Below, piece after piece: positions 62,002 to 64,000 of a stretch of 64,000 bases of DNA (positions within the stretch are counted from its first letter, which is position 1; each line of letters starts with the position of its first letter). This stretch comes from Selaginella moellendorffii. Lineage: Eukaryota > Plantae > Lycopodiophyta. The notes beneath the pieces are model-generated. The model ran no database searches. It saw only the letters and a list, made by a program, of their open reading frames with translations, and was not told the origin of the DNA. The position numbers and the translations under genes were made by a program. The stretch is from contig NW_003314281.1 of the NCBI RefSeq assembly GCF_000143415.4, positions 546,833-610,832 on the forward strand. Reading direction: 5' to 3'.

Positions 62002-62536
62002 CCCGTTGCTGCTGTGCTCGGCCTGCGCGCCATCGGATTTGGCAAGAACAAGAAAACCCTAACGTCACCGAGAGCCTCCAAGCAAGCCGCCATACCTGTG
62101 GATTACGCTGCGAAGCCGCCGCCCTAGCCGCTGGGATCTTCCTCACCGTGCCCTGTTTCCTCCCGCCACTCCGGACACCGCTGCTACTGCGATGCATGGA
62201 TTGATCCAGCGTAGCATCTGTAGCGGTAGAATCCCGGCAGTGCCTTGCCCTCCTCCTCCACTCTCCCCTGTGTGACAGTGTTCTTCCCACCTTGCCCTAA
62301 ACCCGCTTAACCACGTCAGTTTAATTAGCTTAACTGTCCAGCCTTTAAACTTTTAAGCCGCAGTTTTTAACCTGCGCTGGAAAGGGTTCGAAACGGCGAC
62401 CATTTGCTGGTCTCGAATTTGCGAGGCAATTAGGGTTTATGGCAGCGCCAAGGATCTACGCGCTTGCAAGGCGCTCCACGCGCGGCTGGAGCGCCTCCTC
62501 GGGGATAGCTACCGCGGCAATCGCGTTCTCCACACG

Positions 62537-64000
62537 ATGCTCGTCCAGATGTATGGCAAATGCGGCAGCATCGCCGACGCTAGGGCCGTGTTCGATGGGA
62601 TCCAGCAGCAGGCGCTTACGCCGTCGTGGAATGTGATGATCGCAGCATACGCCCAGAATGGGGATTTTCTCGAGGCGCGCCGGCTCTTCGATCGCGCGCC
62701 GCGCAGGGATGTCTTCACCTGGACGACGCTGATGCACGGCGCCGCGCAGCACGAAGGGATCGCTAGCGCCAGGGGGATCTTTCGCCTCATGCCCGGGAGA
62801 ACGGCCGTGTCATGGAATTCCATGATTGCTGCAAATGCCGTGAATGGGGATCTTTCCGAGGCGGCTGCGTGCTTCAAGAACTCGCCCGAGCGATCGCTCT
62901 CGTCCTGGAATTCCATCTTCCAGGCCTATCTCCACAGCGGCGAGCTGGATCGAGCAAAGCCCACATTCGATCGATCGCCCGGGCACGATTGCCTCTCGTG
63001 GAACGCGCTCCTGGCAGGGCTTATACGGCAAGGCCACACTGCCGAGGCGCGGAACGTGTACGGCGCCATGCCCGAGACGAACGTGGTGTCCTGTGCGGCG
63101 ATCATCCAAGGCTACTCCCAAGACGGAGCTCCCGAGCTCGCGAAGAGAGTGTTCGATGAGTTCTCTGGGCGAGACGTGGTGCTGTGGACTTCGATGTTCT
63201 TGGCGTATGCCGAGAATGGGTATTTGGAAGTGGCCAGAGCGATGTATGACCGGATTCCTCTCTGGGACGTGATCTCTTCGACTGCCATGGTTGGGATCTT
63301 TGCTCACGGTGGCCAGCTCGAGGAGGCAAAGCTTGTCTTTGATCAGATGCCTCGGCATAGCGTGGTATCGTGGAACTCGATGATGGCCGCATATGCCCAG
63401 AAGGGTCATACTGAAAAGGCAGTGGAGATCTTCCATGCCATGCCCGTGCGTGATGTTTCGTCTTACAATGGGCTCATTGCGGCGTATGCGCAGAACAGAG
63501 ACGTCGAGAACGTCCAGGCGGTGTTTGACAAGATGGTGACACGGGATATTGTTTCGTGGGATGCGCTTCTGGGAGCTTTTATGCAGGACAAGGAGCTGGA
63601 GAAAGCAAGCTCTACGTTCAAGCTCTTGCCGAAACGAAGTGTTTCCTCGTGGAACGCTGTTTTCATGGCTTTCGCGCAGAATGGGACGCTGGAAGAGGCT
63701 AGAAGTCTCTTCATTTTGATGCCGCAGAAGGATGTAGTGACTTGGAACGCGATGATCACTGCGAGCTCGCATCACGGGGAGCTCTCGGAGGCGGAGCTCT
63801 TGTTCCGGAGGTGTCCCGAGAGAGATTCGGTCACTTGGAGCTCGATGATAGCGGCATTTTCACAGAACAAGTTTCTCGACAAGGCGGTCGAGGCTTACGA
63901 AGCCATGCCAGAGAAGACGGTCCACGCTTGCAACTCGATGCTGGGGGCCTTCATGCAGCACGGGAAGCTGCAAGAAACCAAGGACGCATTCGACCGCTTG
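62537..64000 (+). CDS. PLS/SS-type PPR protein, runs off the window end
   Basis: MLVQMYGKCGSIADARAVFD followed by repeats such as FDQMPRHSVVSWNSMMAAYAQ; absent from the ORF track, presumably because no stop falls inside the window. Confidence 0.88.
   Translation, partial: MLVQMYGKCGSIADARAVFDGIQQQALTPSWNVMIAAYAQNGDFLEARRLFDRAPRRDVFTWTTLMHGAAQHEGIASARGIFRLMPGRTAVSWNSMIAANAVNGDLSEAAACFKNSPERSLSSWNSIFQAYLHSGELDRAKPTFDRSPGHDCLSWNALLAGLIRQGHTAEARNVYGAMPETNVVSCAAIIQGYSQDGAPELAKRVFDEFSGRDVVLWTSMFLAYAENGYLEVARAMYDRIPLWDVISSTAMVGIFAHGGQLEEAKLVFDQMPRHSVVSWNSMMAAYAQKGHTEKAVEIFHAMPVRDVSSYNGLIAAYAQNRDVENVQAVFDKMVTRDIVSWDALLGAFMQDKELEKASSTFKLLPKRSVSSWNAVFMAFAQNGTLEEARSLFILMPQKDVVTWNAMITASSHHGELSEAELLFRRCPERDSVTWSSMIAAFSQNKFLDKAVEAYEAMPEKTVHACNSMLGAFMQHGKLQETKDAFDRL

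Noticed and set aside
62810-63775. 321-aa minus-strand ORF
   Set aside because: Antisense to the PPR gene that runs off the window

Overview
Gene-dense eukaryotic nuclear DNA from a land plant. Very short (~50-70 nt) introns, tiny intergenic gaps and PPR genes built from ~31-aa repeats point to a compact lycophyte genome such as Selaginella (inference). About 25 apparently intact genes: two nucleotide-sugar transporters, an ATS3/PLAT-like protein, DUF3054, HPAT, two DUF674 genes, SLU7, three PPRs, a GULLO-like FAD oxidase, a class-3 lipase, MATE, ISCA1, hexokinase, an orphan ORF, TOP2, CCD8, LBD, a bulb-type lectin, RCD1/SRO, RPS12, DUF7086 and a SAM-domain gene. They are interleaved with deletion-riddled local duplicates. 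The most notable element is a tandem array at 21.8-31.6 kb (one intact, two broken copies) of an intronless gene resembling fungal/bacterial HAD-like + class II terpene cyclase proteins (AstC/DrtB-type drimane cyclases). It has a DIDTM catalytic motif, an apparently dead HAD phosphatase domain, and sits next to a MATE transporter: a candidate horizontally acquired terpenoid system. Other finds: a triplicated GULLO-PPR-DUF674 block with reciprocal gene loss, an inverted TOP2 3' duplicate enclosing the orphan gene, and a candidate H/ACA snoRNA in an RPS12 5'UTR intron. All calls come from manual reading and remembered family motifs, not database searches; exon boundaries are approximate.
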